DNA from: a virus
Taxonomy: Duplodnaviria; Caudoviricetes
Direction: 5' to 3' (one strand)
DNA: 35,120 bases
Virus record (IMG/VR): IMGVR_UViG_3300037697_000031
Span: 1-35,120 of that record
Shown: piece by piece, positions 34,240 through 35,120 of the stretch
Position numbering within the stretch: the stretch's first letter is position 1
Layout of the letters: the number at the start of each line of letters is the position of its first letter
Notes under the pieces: model-generated
Database searches by the model: none
Seen by the model: the letters and a program-made list of their open reading frames with translations, nothing else
Told to the model about the DNA's origin: nothing
Program-made: the position numbers and the translations under genes

Positions 34240-35007
34240 ATGGATACTGCTGACTCTGGCGATGGGCATATCCGTCGTCGACGTGTTAATGCGCGGCGCG
34301 GCATGGCATTCAGTGGTAACAGCATGTCGCATTCGTCCAGCGGGAACACCGTCGCGAATATAGACGATGAGGTAGAGCAGGCAGTCATGTCCCCGCCTGC
34401 GACCATACCGCCCCGCCCGGAGGCTCTGCTACCACCCATGAGCGACGACCCTTCCGCCCCGGGAGAGTTCTCACCGTCCCAGCGACTGCAACAGGTTGGG
34501 CGGCGATCCTCCATGTATGAGCGGGAGTACCGGCTGAATCTGATACACCGCATGATTATGCGCAAGGTGCCGTTAGACGAAGTCGCCACCGCACTGGGTA
34601 TCTCCGTGTCGCAAGTCATGCGTGACCGCAAGGAGCTGTTCGAGCGACTTCGTACTGAATCCCGGGCGCTGGATATCGACTTGATTGTCGGCGACAGCAA
34701 AGGCATGTACGAGGAAGTGCTGGGCATGGCGATGCGGATCGCGTCCAAGGACAGCACCCCGGTCGCCATGCGCCTTGCGGCCATGCGTACCGGCCTCGCG
34801 GCGGAGAACGACAAGCATCGGTTCCTGCAGGCAGCGGGAGTGTACGACGTACTGCGCTACCGTAGGGCGGCGGGGGATGGCCAGCTTTCTGACATCCAAC
34901 GATTGCTGTCTTTGACCACCCAGATGCTGGACGAAGCCGAAAGCAAGGGGCTGGATATGAAAGACCCGGACGCGGACACCGCTCTCAATGAATCGGAGGA
35001 CCTATGA
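34240..35007 (+). CDS. HTH protein, probable terminase small subunit
   Basis: EVATALGISVSQV.RD HTH followed by a helical region; position after the ParB/MTase genes is typical of packaging modules. Confidence 0.55.
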   Translation: MDTADSGDGHIRRRRVNARRGMAFSGNSMSHSSSGNTVANIDDEVEQAVMSPPATIPPRPEALLPPMSDDPSAPGEFSPSQRLQQVGRRSSMYEREYRLNLIHRMIMRKVPLDEVATALGISVSQVMRDRKELFERLRTESRALDIDLIVGDSKGMYEEVLGMAMRIASKDSTPVAMRLAAMRTGLAAENDKHRFLQAAGVYDVLRYRRAAGDGQLSDIQRLLSLTTQMLDEAESKGLDMKDPDADTALNESEDL

Positions 35008-35120
35008 GCCCCACCGTAGCCTATGTAGGGCTGTTCCTGCAGTTGTCGAAGGTCACCCGTGAGTTAGGGTACGCCCTTGCCATACACGGCAGCAGCGCCC
35101 GTGATCTGGATGTTATCGCG
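35004..35120 (+). CDS. minimal nucleotidyltransferase-like protein (partial, runs off the window)
   Basis: MSPTVAYVGLFLQLSKVTRELGYALAIHGSSARDLDVIA contains the hGS..xDxD motif. Confidence 0.55.
   Translation, partial: MSPTVAYVGLFLQLSKVTRELGYALAIHGSSARDLDVIA

Overview
A 35 kb segment of a tailed dsDNA phage genome, GC-rich and probably infecting a Proteobacterium, with almost all genes on the + strand. Gene order: the end of the tail region (Ala/Gly/Ser/Thr repeat protein); a lysis cassette (holin, SLT endolysin, Rz/Rz1 spanins) and terminator; a Ycf46-type AAA ATPase/DUF1257/DUF2997 module; replication genes (initiator, degenerate DnaC-like loader, DnaB, UDG-fused PolA, primase, SSB, SF2 helicase); recombination genes (RecA, Cas4-like exonuclease, two resolvase-like nucleases) with an embedded acb2 anti-CBASS island; a histone-H1-like protein; and a putative DNA-modification cluster (ParB, ParB-ParB-methyltransferase, CmoA-like) next to a terminase-small-subunit-like gene. 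There are six mobile endonucleases: three inteins (in PolA, the helicase and RecA, the last a Gly-initiated class 3 type) and three free-standing HNH genes that each appear to duplicate an end of the gene they invaded. The main unexplained signals are: (i) a CmoA-like enzyme paired with a ParB-fused transferase; (ii) about 15 copies of the 14-bp palindrome TGAAATCGATTTCA; (iii) a shared Arg-rich R-[IV]-R-R-type tag at the termini of about 10 unrelated proteins; and (iv) a ~340-nt densely hairpinned, possibly pseudoknotted region with its own promoter upstream of ssb. All family assignments come from motif recognition by eye; no database searches were run.
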